A DNA stretch of 64,000 nucleotides. Origin: Acutalibacteraceae bacterium (GTDB lineage: Bacteria > Bacillota > Clostridia > Oscillospirales > Acutalibacteraceae). This document shows positions 36,648 through 46,167 of the stretch, piece after piece (within the stretch, counting starts at the first letter, position 1; each line of letters starts with the position of its first letter). The DNA lies in the NCBI GenBank assembly GCA_045613145.1, contig JAZLAJ010000048.1, forward strand, positions 9,858-73,857, given 5' to 3'. The notes below the pieces were generated by a model that was given only the letters and a program-made list of their open reading frames with translations, did no database searches and was not told the origin of the DNA. The translations under genes and the position numbers were made by a program.

Positions 36648-37159
36648 TTAATAATATCAATCTGACACATTTTCATACTTTCCAGAGCGTTACGGTGACT
36701 TTCGGGTGTGACACCTGCAGAAGCTGTGCCGTCTACAGTAACGGGAGTTTCATATAATCTTGCCTTAATAAGCATAGCATTAGAAATAACACAGATGTCC
36801 GTACAAAGACCGAGAAGCTCTACTCCCTCGAGGTTTTCCGTTTCCGCTACCCTCTCTGCCAGCTCATAAGAGCCGAAGGTAGGCTTGTCGATTATTTCAC
36901 AGCCCTCTGTGTCAAGCTCGGAGGAAATCTCCCATCCGTAACTGCCCTTTACACAGTGAACTACAGGAAGCCTTCTGCCCTCAGCTGTGTCAAGATAATT
37001 CTCACCGTGAGTGTCTCTGGTGAAAATAATTCTGTCGCCGTTTTTACGGTAGAGAGCAATTTTTTCTTTTACTTTATCTACTATAGCCTCAGCCTCTTTT
37101 GTGCCGAGGGCACCGTCGATAAAGTCATTCTGCATATCAATTACGCATAAAACCTTCAT
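36644..37159 (-). CDS. isochorismatase-family cysteine hydrolase (nicotinamidase-like)
   Basis: VLCVIDMQNDF and LLGLCTDICV motifs. Confidence 0.8.
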   Translation of the reverse strand: MKVLCVIDMQNDFIDGALGTKEAEAIVDKVKEKIALYRKNGDRIIFTRDTHGENYLDTAEGRRLPVVHCVKGSYGWEISSELDTEGCEIIDKPTFGSYELAERVAETENLEGVELLGLCTDICVISNAMLIKARLYETPVTVDGTASAGVTPESHRNALESMKMCQIDIIN

Positions 37160-37160
37160 C

Positions 37161-38681
37161 TTATACCTCCGAAACAGCCTTTTCTGACATCGTCTCTCTC
37201 TTTTCTTTAAGCTGTCTTTCGATCTCTTTTATGTGAGCCTGATCATCCTTAAGGAAAATGATAACCATAAGATAAAGTGCCGAGCCGATAGCAGGACCTA
37301 AAATAAACTGATGCCAGCGATATTTAAGGAAACGGGGAGCCGTCTGTGCACGGACAAGAGCCGAGCCTTCGAGCTTTTTACCGCCGACAGTAATGTTTTC
37401 GTTAAAGCCCATAAACTTAAGCATATATCCCTGAATGAACTTAGGAATAGCTCCTGTGAACTTCGAAACAAAGTTCTGCATAGAAAATGAGATAGCCTCT
37501 GTTCTTTCTCCTGTCTTAAGCTCCATTTCATCAATAGAGTCAGTAATAAGTGAACGGTGAGCAATATCCTTCATATTGGTAAGAATCTGTGACGAACCGA
37601 GTGTGGCCATAACCATAAGGAGTGCACCGATGTTCTTATATCTGTCATTAGCACCGATACCGAATGCGATAAGTCTGGTGATTATAGCAGCAGTTTCGGC
37701 ATAAACGAGAAGCTTTTTGTTACCGCCAAGCTTTTTGATAACGGGTACTGTAAACAGGTTGGCTATCGCACCGGGAATACCCATGACATAGCCGTAAGCA
37801 ATCTGAGCTGTACCGCCTGAAATTTCAGCGCCGAAAACATTATAGGAAACACCTTCACTTTCGAAGAAATATTCCCAGGGAAGAGTCAGTGAGAAGCACT
37901 GAACGATTCTGGCAAGACAGATAATAATAAGAGTTTTATTATATCTGAGATTCCAGATAGATTTAAGCATCGCTCTGAATTTTTCTGCCGGAGGAACATC
38001 ATCCTGAGCGGTAGTGTCGATAACCTTTTCCTTCATACGGTAGGAAAGCATGGAAATAAGCATACCGCCTATACCGAAAATCGCAGCGAAGAAAAGATAG
38101 GTATGCTTTTCACTCATTACATCTCCGCTTACGAACATATCCTTGAACATCGGGAAAAGACCTGCGATGGTACCGCCGAGACCTGCACCGATGCTTATCC
38201 ACTGGGCTACTCGCCTTCGTTCATCGGAGCTGGGACTTGACAGGGATGCCATACCCCAGATAGCGATGTCCTGGAATGAATAAAAGGTGTCGAAAAGCAG
38301 ATAAAGAATCAGTACGTAAAGAATAGTCTTGTTCGTATCAAAACCGAAATCCACGAACATCATCGTAACGAGTATACCGATAATAGCGGGCGTCCACAGC
38401 AGGAAGGGACGAAGCTTATAGCCCGGTCTGTGCTTTCTGTGGTCCATCAGTGAACCTATAAGAGGGTCGTTAATGGCGTCCCACATAGTGCTGACGCCGG
38501 TGATAATACCCGTCTTCTCTGCAGGTATACCGAGAACGGTGTTAAGGAAAACGAAAAGTCTGCTGGAAACGAGACTGTATGCCATATTCTGACCCATCAG
38601 ACCTGCCGCATGTGAAAGAAGTCGGTTATTGGCTACTTTCGTATCTGATTCTTCTTTAGAAAAAAGAAAGAAAGGCTTCAT
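37161..38681 (-). CDS. MFS transporter, glycoside-pentoside-hexuronide (GPH) symporter-like
   Basis: A 506-aa protein with about 12 TM helices and GPH-like N-terminal motifs (DAINDPLIGSLMD). Confidence 0.75.
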   Translation of the reverse strand: MKPFFLFSKEESDTKVANNRLLSHAAGLMGQNMAYSLVSSRLFVFLNTVLGIPAEKTGIITGVSTMWDAINDPLIGSLMDHRKHRPGYKLRPFLLWTPAIIGILVTMMFVDFGFDTNKTILYVLILYLLFDTFYSFQDIAIWGMASLSSPSSDERRRVAQWISIGAGLGGTIAGLFPMFKDMFVSGDVMSEKHTYLFFAAIFGIGGMLISMLSYRMKEKVIDTTAQDDVPPAEKFRAMLKSIWNLRYNKTLIIICLARIVQCFSLTLPWEYFFESEGVSYNVFGAEISGGTAQIAYGYVMGIPGAIANLFTVPVIKKLGGNKKLLVYAETAAIITRLIAFGIGANDRYKNIGALLMVMATLGSSQILTNMKDIAHRSLITDSIDEMELKTGERTEAISFSMQNFVSKFTGAIPKFIQGYMLKFMGFNENITVGGKKLEGSALVRAQTAPRFLKYRWHQFILGPAIGSALYLMVIIFLKDDQAHIKEIERQLKEKRETMSEKAVSEV

Positions 38682-38839
38682 ATAATCTCTCCTTTATAAT
38701 TCAGTTGTAAAAATTATACAATATTCTGCACATAAATGCAACAAAAACTATATTATTTTTTAAATTAAAATTATTGTCTAAAAAAATCTTTTATGCTAAA
38801 ATTAACAGTATTGATTTCCAGGAAAGAAGATAGATAATT

Positions 38840-39556
38840 ATGTTAGGTGTAATTATAAACGTCTGCACAGTAATAGCCGGCAGCACCGTAGGTCTGCTTT
38901 TCAAAAAAAGCATAAGCAAAAAATGCAGTGACGCAGTAATGACCGCCATCGGACTGTGTGTTATTTTAATCGGCATACAGGGTATGCTCAAGGGTGAAAA
39001 CATTCTGATTACCATCTTTTCTATGGTTATAGGCGCTTTAGCGGGAACTGTGGCTGACATCGACGGAAAGCTGAACGGAGCAGGTGACTGGCTTTCCCGT
39101 AAAATCAAAACCAAGGACAACGGTAAAAGCTCTATTGCTGAAGGCTTCGTTACGGCAAGCCTCGTTTTCTGCATCGGCGCTATGACCATTTTAGGCTCTC
39201 TCGATGCAGGTCTCAAGGGAGATAACACCACACTGATTACAAAAAGCATTCTCGACCTTTTCTCCTCGATGATGCTTTCGGCATCTCTCGGTATCGGCGT
39301 TATCTTTGCAGCGGTTTTCGTTTTCGTCTTTCAGGGAGGCATAGTCCTTCTGGCAGGTGTTCTCGAGCCTTTCCTCGACCCGTTCACCGTAGCTGAAATA
39401 ACCTGTGTAGGCTCGGTTATGATTATGGGTCTGGGATTCAATCTTGCCGGTATAGCAAAGATAAAGGTCGCAAACTTTTTCCCTGCACTCATACTTGTAC
39501 CCTTTATGTGCTATCTTTTTGATTATCTGGGACAGTTTATCCCCGCTTTAGGTTGA
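38840..39556 (+). CDS. DUF554-family membrane protein
   Basis: MLGVIINVCTVIAGSTVGLLFKK is an N-terminus typical of YdfK/YqgA-like proteins. Confidence 0.7.
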   Translation: MLGVIINVCTVIAGSTVGLLFKKSISKKCSDAVMTAIGLCVILIGIQGMLKGENILITIFSMVIGALAGTVADIDGKLNGAGDWLSRKIKTKDNGKSSIAEGFVTASLVFCIGAMTILGSLDAGLKGDNTTLITKSILDLFSSMMLSASLGIGVIFAAVFVFVFQGGIVLLAGVLEPFLDPFTVAEITCVGSVMIMGLGFNLAGIAKIKVANFFPALILVPFMCYLFDYLGQFIPALG

Positions 39557-39567
39557 GGTAAAATTTT

Positions 39568-40479
39568 ATGGAAAAACAAAGAAAAGAAAATCTTATCGGC
39601 TCCTTTCTCCTGATGCTCTGTGCCGTTATATGGGGCAGCTCCTTTGTAGCTCAGACAACCGGTGCGGAATATGTAGGACCGTTCACATTCATAGCTGCGA
39701 GAAGTCTTTTAGGTGCTGTCGCCCTTCTTCCCGTTATCGGTGTAACGGGAGCTGTAAAAAAGAAAAAAAGCGGTACAGCTAAAATGACAGCCGAAGATAA
39801 AAAATACCTCCTCAAGGGAGGTGCTCTCTGCGGTATAGTTCTCTTTTTCGCTTCTAATTTACAGCAATTAGGTATCGACGGCGGAACTGAACCGGGCAGA
39901 GCGGCCTTCATTACGGCTCTCTACATTCTTCTCGTTCCCATCTTCTCTGTCTTTCTCGGGAAAAAAATCAGACCTCTTATCTGGCCCTGTGTAATAGTTT
40001 CACTTGTAGCCCTTTACCTTCTGTGTGTAAAAGAAGGCGGAAAAACTCAATTTTCAGACCTTTATGTTCTCCTGTGTGCAGTATGCTACACCGTACATAT
40101 CCTCGTCATCGACAAGGTTTCACCGAAGGTAGACGGAGTTATGCTTTCCATGATTCAGTTTCTCGTAGCAGGTGCCGTATCCATCATCCCTATGCTTCTT
40201 TTCGAGGATGTAAGCGTGGAAAATATCATAAAGGCAGCCCCCTCCATAGCTTATTCAGGCATAATGTCCAGCGGTGTGGCTTACACTTTGCAGATTTTAG
40301 GTCAGCAGAAGACAGAACCGACCATCGCTACGATGATAATGAGTCTCGAATCAGTTTTCGGTGTACTTACGGCGATGATAATTCTTCATCAGGTACCCTC
40401 TCTCCGTGAAGGCATCGGATGTATTCTGATGTTCGCAGCCATAATCGTGGCACAGCTTCCCGAAAAGAAAAAAGTATAA
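39568..40479 (+). CDS. DMT-superfamily (EamA) transporter
   Basis: A 10-TM layout in two EamA-like halves. Confidence 0.8.
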   Translation: MEKQRKENLIGSFLLMLCAVIWGSSFVAQTTGAEYVGPFTFIAARSLLGAVALLPVIGVTGAVKKKKSGTAKMTAEDKKYLLKGGALCGIVLFFASNLQQLGIDGGTEPGRAAFITALYILLVPIFSVFLGKKIRPLIWPCVIVSLVALYLLCVKEGGKTQFSDLYVLLCAVCYTVHILVIDKVSPKVDGVMLSMIQFLVAGAVSIIPMLLFEDVSVENIIKAAPSIAYSGIMSSGVAYTLQILGQQKTEPTIATMIMSLESVFGVLTAMIILHQVPSLREGIGCILMFAAIIVAQLPEKKKV

Positions 40480-40483
40480 AGAA

Positions 40484-40522
40484 AAGCCATTGTATCAGTG
40501 TCAGAAGCTGTTACAATGGCTT
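40484..40522. terminator. hairpin between convergent genes (weak bidirectional terminator)
   Basis: An 11-bp stem aagccattgta / tacaatggctt with a 17-nt loop. Confidence 0.4.
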
Positions 40523-40529
40523 AAATTAT

Positions 40530-43500
40530 TCAGTCAGCGCTGTCATTTCCCGGGGTAAGTGTATATGCCTTCGTCGTCGGTACCTTTCCGCTTACATCAG
40601 AAAGCTCCGAAAGGAGAAGAATATCATAGGCTTCTCTTATCTGTGCGGGATAGGTTTCTGCTATCATTCCGTCATAGTAAATGCGTACCTTAGTGCCCTT
40701 TTTCAGCTCTGATGCTCTGCCTACCAGACCCATATCCTTAAGTGAAACCTGTATTTTATCAGCAGATTTTCTCTCGTTACTGTCCTCTGCCGGCTCTACG
40801 AGAACAGTTTTTCCGTCCTTATATACCTCGATAATCTCCGCGTCAAAGACAACCATATTCTGCGGCATAGTAGTGGAAGTAACAGCCGTAGTCGGCTCTT
40901 TCTCGGAAGCAGCCGGGGCAGACGTACCGATATTCAGTATATCTGCCATAGGATATACAGCCGAAGCATTATGGATATCGTTAAACTTTATTCCGATGAC
41001 TCCGTCATAATAGATTCTCACATAAAGACCCTCATATAAATCCGTCAGATACTCTTCGGGAATATTTTCCAGATAAACGGTTATTTTTTCGCCGTATTTT
41101 CTTTCCTTGGTATTTTCCAGTGGCTTTACAGTGAAGGCGGTGTCAGTCTTTTCCAGAACCTCGGCATCGAAGAATGCCGCGTATGCAGGTGAGCTGTGAG
41201 CAGAAATGACCTCACCCGTCAGAGAGTCTACCTCGAGCTTTTCGACTATCTCTGATGTACCGTATTTTTCCTTGGTGTACACTATTTTATTCTGTGTCTG
41301 TGCGTATGAGGTACGGTAAACATATCTCACTCCGTCCTCAATAACTTCGTGCCAACCGATTACACCTGTTTCGTAATTCACCTTAAGTCCCAGAAGCTTA
41401 TTTGACACATCCACAGAAACGCCTGCATCCGTAAGCAGAACACGGTCAATGTCTTTGTAGTCACCTATAGGGGCTTCTCTGCCGATGGAGTCAAGATAAG
41501 CTTCGGCATAAGCCTTTCTCTGAGAGTCGATGCTCTCCTGTTCTTTTTTTGTAAGGTTATGTACTCTGTGCTCATAAACTTTCGGGAACATACGCTTGAT
41601 GGATTTGGTGTAATTGGAGCCGTCCTGGGCATACTCGACGTCCATAAAGATATATTGACCGTCTTTTTTCTCAAATCTCATCACACAGGGAATACTGTGA
41701 CCGCCTACGGAAATGAACCACCCGTCCACAAAGCCGTAGGAAGAGAAGCGTTCGAGCATATATACGGAAACGATATCCTTCTTTTCACTTGTGCCGAAAA
41801 TGATGTGACCCTCGGCAGGACATTCACCGAGCCACTTACTCTTTGAATTAAGGTCTAAGATAGCTTTTGAAACAGCTGTGTCGAGATCTGTGACAGTGGT
41901 ATTATCCGTCTCGTGAATCTCGTAGGTCGCCCAGCCTTTATTTACGGCGATGCAATTAAGGAACTCTACGGCAAACACTCTTCCGCCCATTTCATCGCTC
42001 TTATCCTGGCCGATAACTTTTACGGTAAAGGAAACCTTTTCGCCCTTTTTCAGAGCATTGATTATGATTTCATAGCTTTCATCGGTGAGATATGTATCAA
42101 AATCGGGATGCCAGCTCACCTGTTTTTCACCGTCAGGCTCGAGATAGTATATGTTCTCTATCTCTGCCTCACCCTTCGAGCATTCCGCAGATACGAGCTT
42201 ATATTCCGCAGGAAGGGAGAAGTCAATGGAACTGTAAACAGTGTGACTTAAATTCGGATTGCAGTACCATTTGTTGTTTTCTTCTGTAATCTGAGGCTTT
42301 CCGAAACTGTATTCATATCCGTTTCCATATCCGCCTATAACCGTATCCTCACCGCTTATCATATAATAAGTGGATAATCCGTCATTTTCGCCGACTTTAG
42401 TTATGTTTACGGTGAAGGTTGTTTTTTCACCGTAGACTATACCCTCAAATGTAAGCTCAGCATCACCGTAGACACCGTTTTCCGCAATCTCGGGAATCCA
42501 CATATATCCGTCACCGTGTTCGTCAGAGGTATAAGCCTCTATTCTGCCGCCTTTGGCAACAGGTTCTTCCGAAATCTTTATCACAGCATCAGGAAAAAAG
42601 CTTATACTGCCGTGACCGTAGGCACTGCTGGCAAAATTACATTCCCAGATATTTCCCTGCTTTATGTAGTCCTCTTCCTCGAAGAAGCTTTTCACCTTTT
42701 CCATATCAACCGCATAAAGTGAGCTTTCAGTAACAGTGCTTCCCTCGGTGCTGAGTATAAACATCTTCGAAAATCCGTCACAGAAAACCACATCAATGTT
42801 TCCCTCAGAGTTTGAAACCTCGATTTTACCGCTATGGGTAAGACCTTCCGCTTTCATATCAGGCAGTCTTTCCAGAGAAAGAGAGTTAAAGAAATTCAGC
42901 ACCGTGCTTCTGCCTGCTCCGGGAGTAGCCTTGAAATATGACTTTTTGCCCTTGTAAACGGTGAAGTATTCGGAATATTCTAACAGCTCACCAAAGCGGA
43001 ACATCTCTTCGCCCTCATCGGTCTGAATAAGATAGCTCTTTTCAGAAGAAGTTCCGTCATCCTTTTTCGGACTCGTGGCAAAGCATACAGCAAGAATAAC
43101 ACTTGTAATTACTGCGATTACAATCAGCCAAAGGGCAGGCCTTTTGTAGCTTAAAACTGCCTTTATTCTTTTCTTTACTCCTGTTTCACCGAAGGCAACG
43201 GGACAGGCAGTTATCATTTTTCTGGGAACGGAGCAGTTAATGAGAGCCATAGAGTAAGGCTTTTTTATTTCTGCACCCATTTCCTTTATTACCTTTTCAT
43301 CACAGGCAAGCTCTATGTCTCTGCACAGAAGAATATAGGACAGCCATATTACGGGATTGAACCAATAAACAGAAAGAATAAGAAAACCTAAGGGCTTCCA
43401 GAGGTGATCCCTTCTCTTAAGATGTGCCCTTTCGTGAGCGAGAACAAAAGACCTGTCCTCTTCATACATCAGCGAGGGCAGATAGATTTTCGGACGGATA

Positions 43501-44036
43501 ATGCCGAAAATAAAAGGTGTATCTATCCTGTCGCAGAGATAAATATTGTCACGCAGATGCATACTCTGCCTTACCTTCAGATAAATGTAAAGATAACTGA
43601 AAAGCGCATAAAGAAGCATAGCACCTGCGCCGTAAACCCAGACCAGACCGCCCAGAACTGCATCCCACTGAAAGCTTTCCACATCCACAGGAACGGAAGA
43701 GTCCACATACTCCGAATAAACGGGATTATTTATAATCTCCATAGTGGTGCTTTCCACACCCTTATGGGGTTCGATGTTCAGAACCTCTGTGGGTAAGGGC
43801 TCGGCTGTAGGCACAAGACTAAGACTGCTTTCGAGCGGCACAGGACAGATAAGCCTCACTGCCACCACTGCCCACAAGACAACATTAAGCCATTTGGGAG
43901 CCTTACGGAAAGCGAGTCGGAACAAAAGCACACCGCCTACAAGCCAGCAGGCGCTTATGCTTGCATTGAGAAGATTAATAAATATACTGTCGAAGGCAAA
44001 CATTTTTTCTAAAATATTTTCAATAGCCACAATCAT
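40530..44036 (-). CDS. BlaR1/MecR1-type M56 peptidase signal transducer with about 850-aa extracellular C-terminal region lacking evident PBP motifs
   Basis: It has N-terminal TM helices and the zinc motif LAHERAHLKRRDH. In the remainder of the 1168-aa protein I see no SxxK / SxN / KTG triad. Confidence 0.8.
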   Translation of the reverse strand: MIVAIENILEKMFAFDSIFINLLNASISACWLVGGVLLFRLAFRKAPKWLNVVLWAVVAVRLICPVPLESSLSLVPTAEPLPTEVLNIEPHKGVESTTMEIINNPVYSEYVDSSVPVDVESFQWDAVLGGLVWVYGAGAMLLYALFSYLYIYLKVRQSMHLRDNIYLCDRIDTPFIFGIIRPKIYLPSLMYEEDRSFVLAHERAHLKRRDHLWKPLGFLILSVYWFNPVIWLSYILLCRDIELACDEKVIKEMGAEIKKPYSMALINCSVPRKMITACPVAFGETGVKKRIKAVLSYKRPALWLIVIAVITSVILAVCFATSPKKDDGTSSEKSYLIQTDEGEEMFRFGELLEYSEYFTVYKGKKSYFKATPGAGRSTVLNFFNSLSLERLPDMKAEGLTHSGKIEVSNSEGNIDVVFCDGFSKMFILSTEGSTVTESSLYAVDMEKVKSFFEEEDYIKQGNIWECNFASSAYGHGSISFFPDAVIKISEEPVAKGGRIEAYTSDEHGDGYMWIPEIAENGVYGDAELTFEGIVYGEKTTFTVNITKVGENDGLSTYYMISGEDTVIGGYGNGYEYSFGKPQITEENNKWYCNPNLSHTVYSSIDFSLPAEYKLVSAECSKGEAEIENIYYLEPDGEKQVSWHPDFDTYLTDESYEIIINALKKGEKVSFTVKVIGQDKSDEMGGRVFAVEFLNCIAVNKGWATYEIHETDNTTVTDLDTAVSKAILDLNSKSKWLGECPAEGHIIFGTSEKKDIVSVYMLERFSSYGFVDGWFISVGGHSIPCVMRFEKKDGQYIFMDVEYAQDGSNYTKSIKRMFPKVYEHRVHNLTKKEQESIDSQRKAYAEAYLDSIGREAPIGDYKDIDRVLLTDAGVSVDVSNKLLGLKVNYETGVIGWHEVIEDGVRYVYRTSYAQTQNKIVYTKEKYGTSEIVEKLEVDSLTGEVISAHSSPAYAAFFDAEVLEKTDTAFTVKPLENTKERKYGEKITVYLENIPEEYLTDLYEGLYVRIYYDGVIGIKFNDIHNASAVYPMADILNIGTSAPAASEKEPTTAVTSTTMPQNMVVFDAEIIEVYKDGKTVLVEPAEDSNERKSADKIQVSLKDMGLVGRASELKKGTKVRIYYDGMIAETYPAQIREAYDILLLSELSDVSGKVPTTKAYTLTPGNDSAD

Positions 44037-44395
44037 TCCTCCTCATAATTTTCTACCATTCTTTTAAGCTCCTCCACTTCCTTTGCCGTCAGCTTTTTAC
44101 GTGAAGTGAAAGCGGCAAGAAAAGCCGGCAGAGAACCTCCGAAGGTTTCATCGACGAATTTCTCACTCTGCAGAGAATAAAACTCCTCTTTTGAAATAAG
44201 AGAACTGACCGTACCCTTTTCGTTGCGGAAGATTCCCTTTTCGCAAAGTCTTTTCAGCACCGTGTAGGTAGTGGATTTTTTCCAGCTTAAAGCCTCCTCA
44301 CTTTTTTTCACAAGCTCCGCCGAGGAAAGAGGCTCATTTTCCCAGATAATGTCTGCGAAGCGGGACTCAACGGCACCCATCTGATATTCGTTCAT
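44033..44395 (-). CDS. BlaI/MecI/CopY-family transcriptional repressor
   Basis: A 120-aa winged-helix protein (WKKSTTYTVLKRLCEKG). Its stop overlaps the M56 gene start (ATGA). Confidence 0.88.
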   Translation of the reverse strand: MNEYQMGAVESRFADIIWENEPLSSAELVKKSEEALSWKKSTTYTVLKRLCEKGIFRNEKGTVSSLISKEEFYSLQSEKFVDETFGGSLPAFLAAFTSRKKLTAKEVEELKRMVENYEEE

Positions 44396-44411
44396 ATAAT
44401 CACTCCTTTTG

Positions 44412-44457
44412 GTTTACACCTTGTAGACTACAGTTTCAGTTTACACCTTGTAGACTA
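44412..44457. promoter_or_regulatory. two identical 19-nt direct repeats, each with a TACA-N3-TGTA dyad (BlaI-type operators)
   Basis: gtttacaccttgtagacta occurs at 44412-44430 and 44439-44457, with a 27-nt period. Confidence 0.7.
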
Positions 44458-44466
44458 ATTTGTCAA
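44438..44466 (-). promoter_or_regulatory. blaI-blaR1 promoter overlapped by the operator repeats
   Basis: Minus strand: TTGACA (44466-44461), 17-nt spacer, TAAACT (44443-44438). Confidence 0.55.
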
Positions 44467-44523
44467 GAACAAATTTTATTTTTAAGAAATCCGTAAGAAA
44501 TTAATATATTTTAATAAAACCCG

Positions 44524-44553
44524 TTGACAAGCTTCTTCCTCTTATTGTATAAT
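44524..44553 (+). promoter_or_regulatory. promoter of the permease leader
   Basis: TTGACA, 18-nt spacer, TATAAT preceded by TG. Confidence 0.65.
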
Positions 44554-44754
44554 CTTCAGGCAATCCCGATAAGTGGTGGAGTCTGTCATAGAGTGTAATA
44601 GCATTCTATTTATAAGGATTGCAGCTTCGTGCTTTTTTTCACCGAGGGGCAAGTGTGACACTAAAGACGAAGCTTTGTGAAATCCACTGCAGTGCAGGTG
44701 GGTTTTATTTTTTTGTACAGACACGCCCGAAAATAATCTTAAGGAGTTAAAAAA
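44554..44754 (+). promoter_or_regulatory. structured 5' leader with terminator: riboswitch/attenuator candidate of unassigned class
   Basis: Helices are 44560-44566/44616-44622, 44588-44595/44602-44609 and 44623-44630/44667-44674, plus a terminator. GTGGA at 44576-44580 can alternatively pair with the terminator 5' arm. Confidence 0.45.
44683..44714 (+). terminator. intrinsic terminator within the leader
   Basis: Stem ccactgc agt gca(g)gtgg is followed by ttttattttttt. Confidence 0.6.
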
Positions 44755-46128
44755 ATGAGTCCAATTACCATTACTGCTCTGATTATCTTCGCCGTGACAT
44801 ACATCCTTATGCTGGCTTTTCAGAAAATCAGACCCTATGTCACCGTCGGCTCCGCTTTAGTGTTCGTAGCACTTGGCGTTATCGCTTCGGTGAACCCCTC
44901 TCTTTTCGGCGAAGGCTTCTTCGCTCTTTCATCGGGAACCTACAGTTATTCTTTAGGTTCTGCTCTTTCGGAAATAGACTGGAATGTTATTATGATGATA
45001 GCAGGTACTATGGGTACAGTCTACCTGTTCATCGAATCAAAGATGCCCCAGCTTATGTCCGACATCCTTATTTCTAAAATGCCCAATATGAAATGGGTTG
45101 TGGTGGCTCTCTCTCTTTTCGCAGGTATCGTCTCCGCTTTCGTGGATAATGTGGCCACCGTGCTTATGATTGCCCCTGTAGCACTCGCCTTCTGCAAAAA
45201 GGTAAACACATCTCCCGTTCCCGCCATCATCTGCATCGCCGTTTCCTCGAATTTACAGGGTGCGGCTACCCTCGTAGGTGACACTACCTCCATCCTTCTC
45301 GCCAAGGCTGCTAACCTCGACTTCTCTGATTTCTTCGTTCACGACGGACATATCGGTATGTTCTGGGTAGTACAGGCAGGCGCCATCGTAAGCGCACTTA
45401 TTATAGTATTGATGTTCCGTAAGGATAAGGATAAAATCTCCTTCGAAGGAAGAACAGTGGTAGAAGACAAATTCCCCACCTTCCTCCTCGTCGGCACAGT
45501 CCTTTCTCTTATTGCAGTTTCCTTCATCCCCTATAAGGATGCTGCAGCAGAAGGTCAGTTCTATAAGCCTGACATCACAAACGGTATCATCTGTATCGCA
45601 TTCTTCCTCGTCGGTGTTATCCGCGAGCTTTTCATCAAGAAAAACAAGGAAATCGTCAAAAATGCCTTCAAGGAAATCGACTACTACACTATCGTCCTTC
45701 TCACAGGTCTTTTCGTAGTAATCGGCGGTATCAAAAATGCAGGTGTTATCGATGTTATCGGTTCAGCCATCGCATCTCTCGGTTCAGGCTCTACCTTTAT
45801 GGTTTACACCATCATAGTATGGATGAGTGTTATTCTCTCTGCATTCATTGATAACATTCCTTACACTGCTACTATGCTTTCTATCGTTCCCGTTATCGCA
45901 GGTGACCTCGGCATCGAGCCTACACTTCTTTACTACGGTCTCCTCTGCGGTGCTACTCTTGGCGGTAACCTCACTCCCATCGGTGCCAGCGCAAACATCG
46001 CAGGTATCGGCATTTTACGTAAGGAAGGTCACGAGGTAAAAGCAACGACCTTTATGAAATACGGCGTACCCTTCACTATGGCAGCCGTTATCACAGGTTA
46101 TCTTCTCCTGTGGTTTATCTGGAAATAA
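44755..46128 (+). CDS. ArsB/NhaD/SLC13-superfamily ion permease
   Basis: A 457-aa polytopic protein with IDWNVIMMIAGTMG and FIDNIPYTATM segments typical of this superfamily. The substrate is unknown. Confidence 0.7.
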   Translation: MSPITITALIIFAVTYILMLAFQKIRPYVTVGSALVFVALGVIASVNPSLFGEGFFALSSGTYSYSLGSALSEIDWNVIMMIAGTMGTVYLFIESKMPQLMSDILISKMPNMKWVVVALSLFAGIVSAFVDNVATVLMIAPVALAFCKKVNTSPVPAIICIAVSSNLQGAATLVGDTTSILLAKAANLDFSDFFVHDGHIGMFWVVQAGAIVSALIIVLMFRKDKDKISFEGRTVVEDKFPTFLLVGTVLSLIAVSFIPYKDAAAEGQFYKPDITNGIICIAFFLVGVIRELFIKKNKEIVKNAFKEIDYYTIVLLTGLFVVIGGIKNAGVIDVIGSAIASLGSGSTFMVYTIIVWMSVILSAFIDNIPYTATMLSIVPVIAGDLGIEPTLLYYGLLCGATLGGNLTPIGASANIAGIGILRKEGHEVKATTFMKYGVPFTMAAVITGYLLLWFIWK

Positions 46129-46167
46129 TCTTCATTCTTTTTTCATCTATATAAAAAATCGGTCAGA

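Noticed and set aside
44542-44724. The listed 60-aa minus-strand ORF in the permease leader.
   Set aside because: It has no SD, runs antisense through a terminator hairpin, and the region is better explained as a structured leader.
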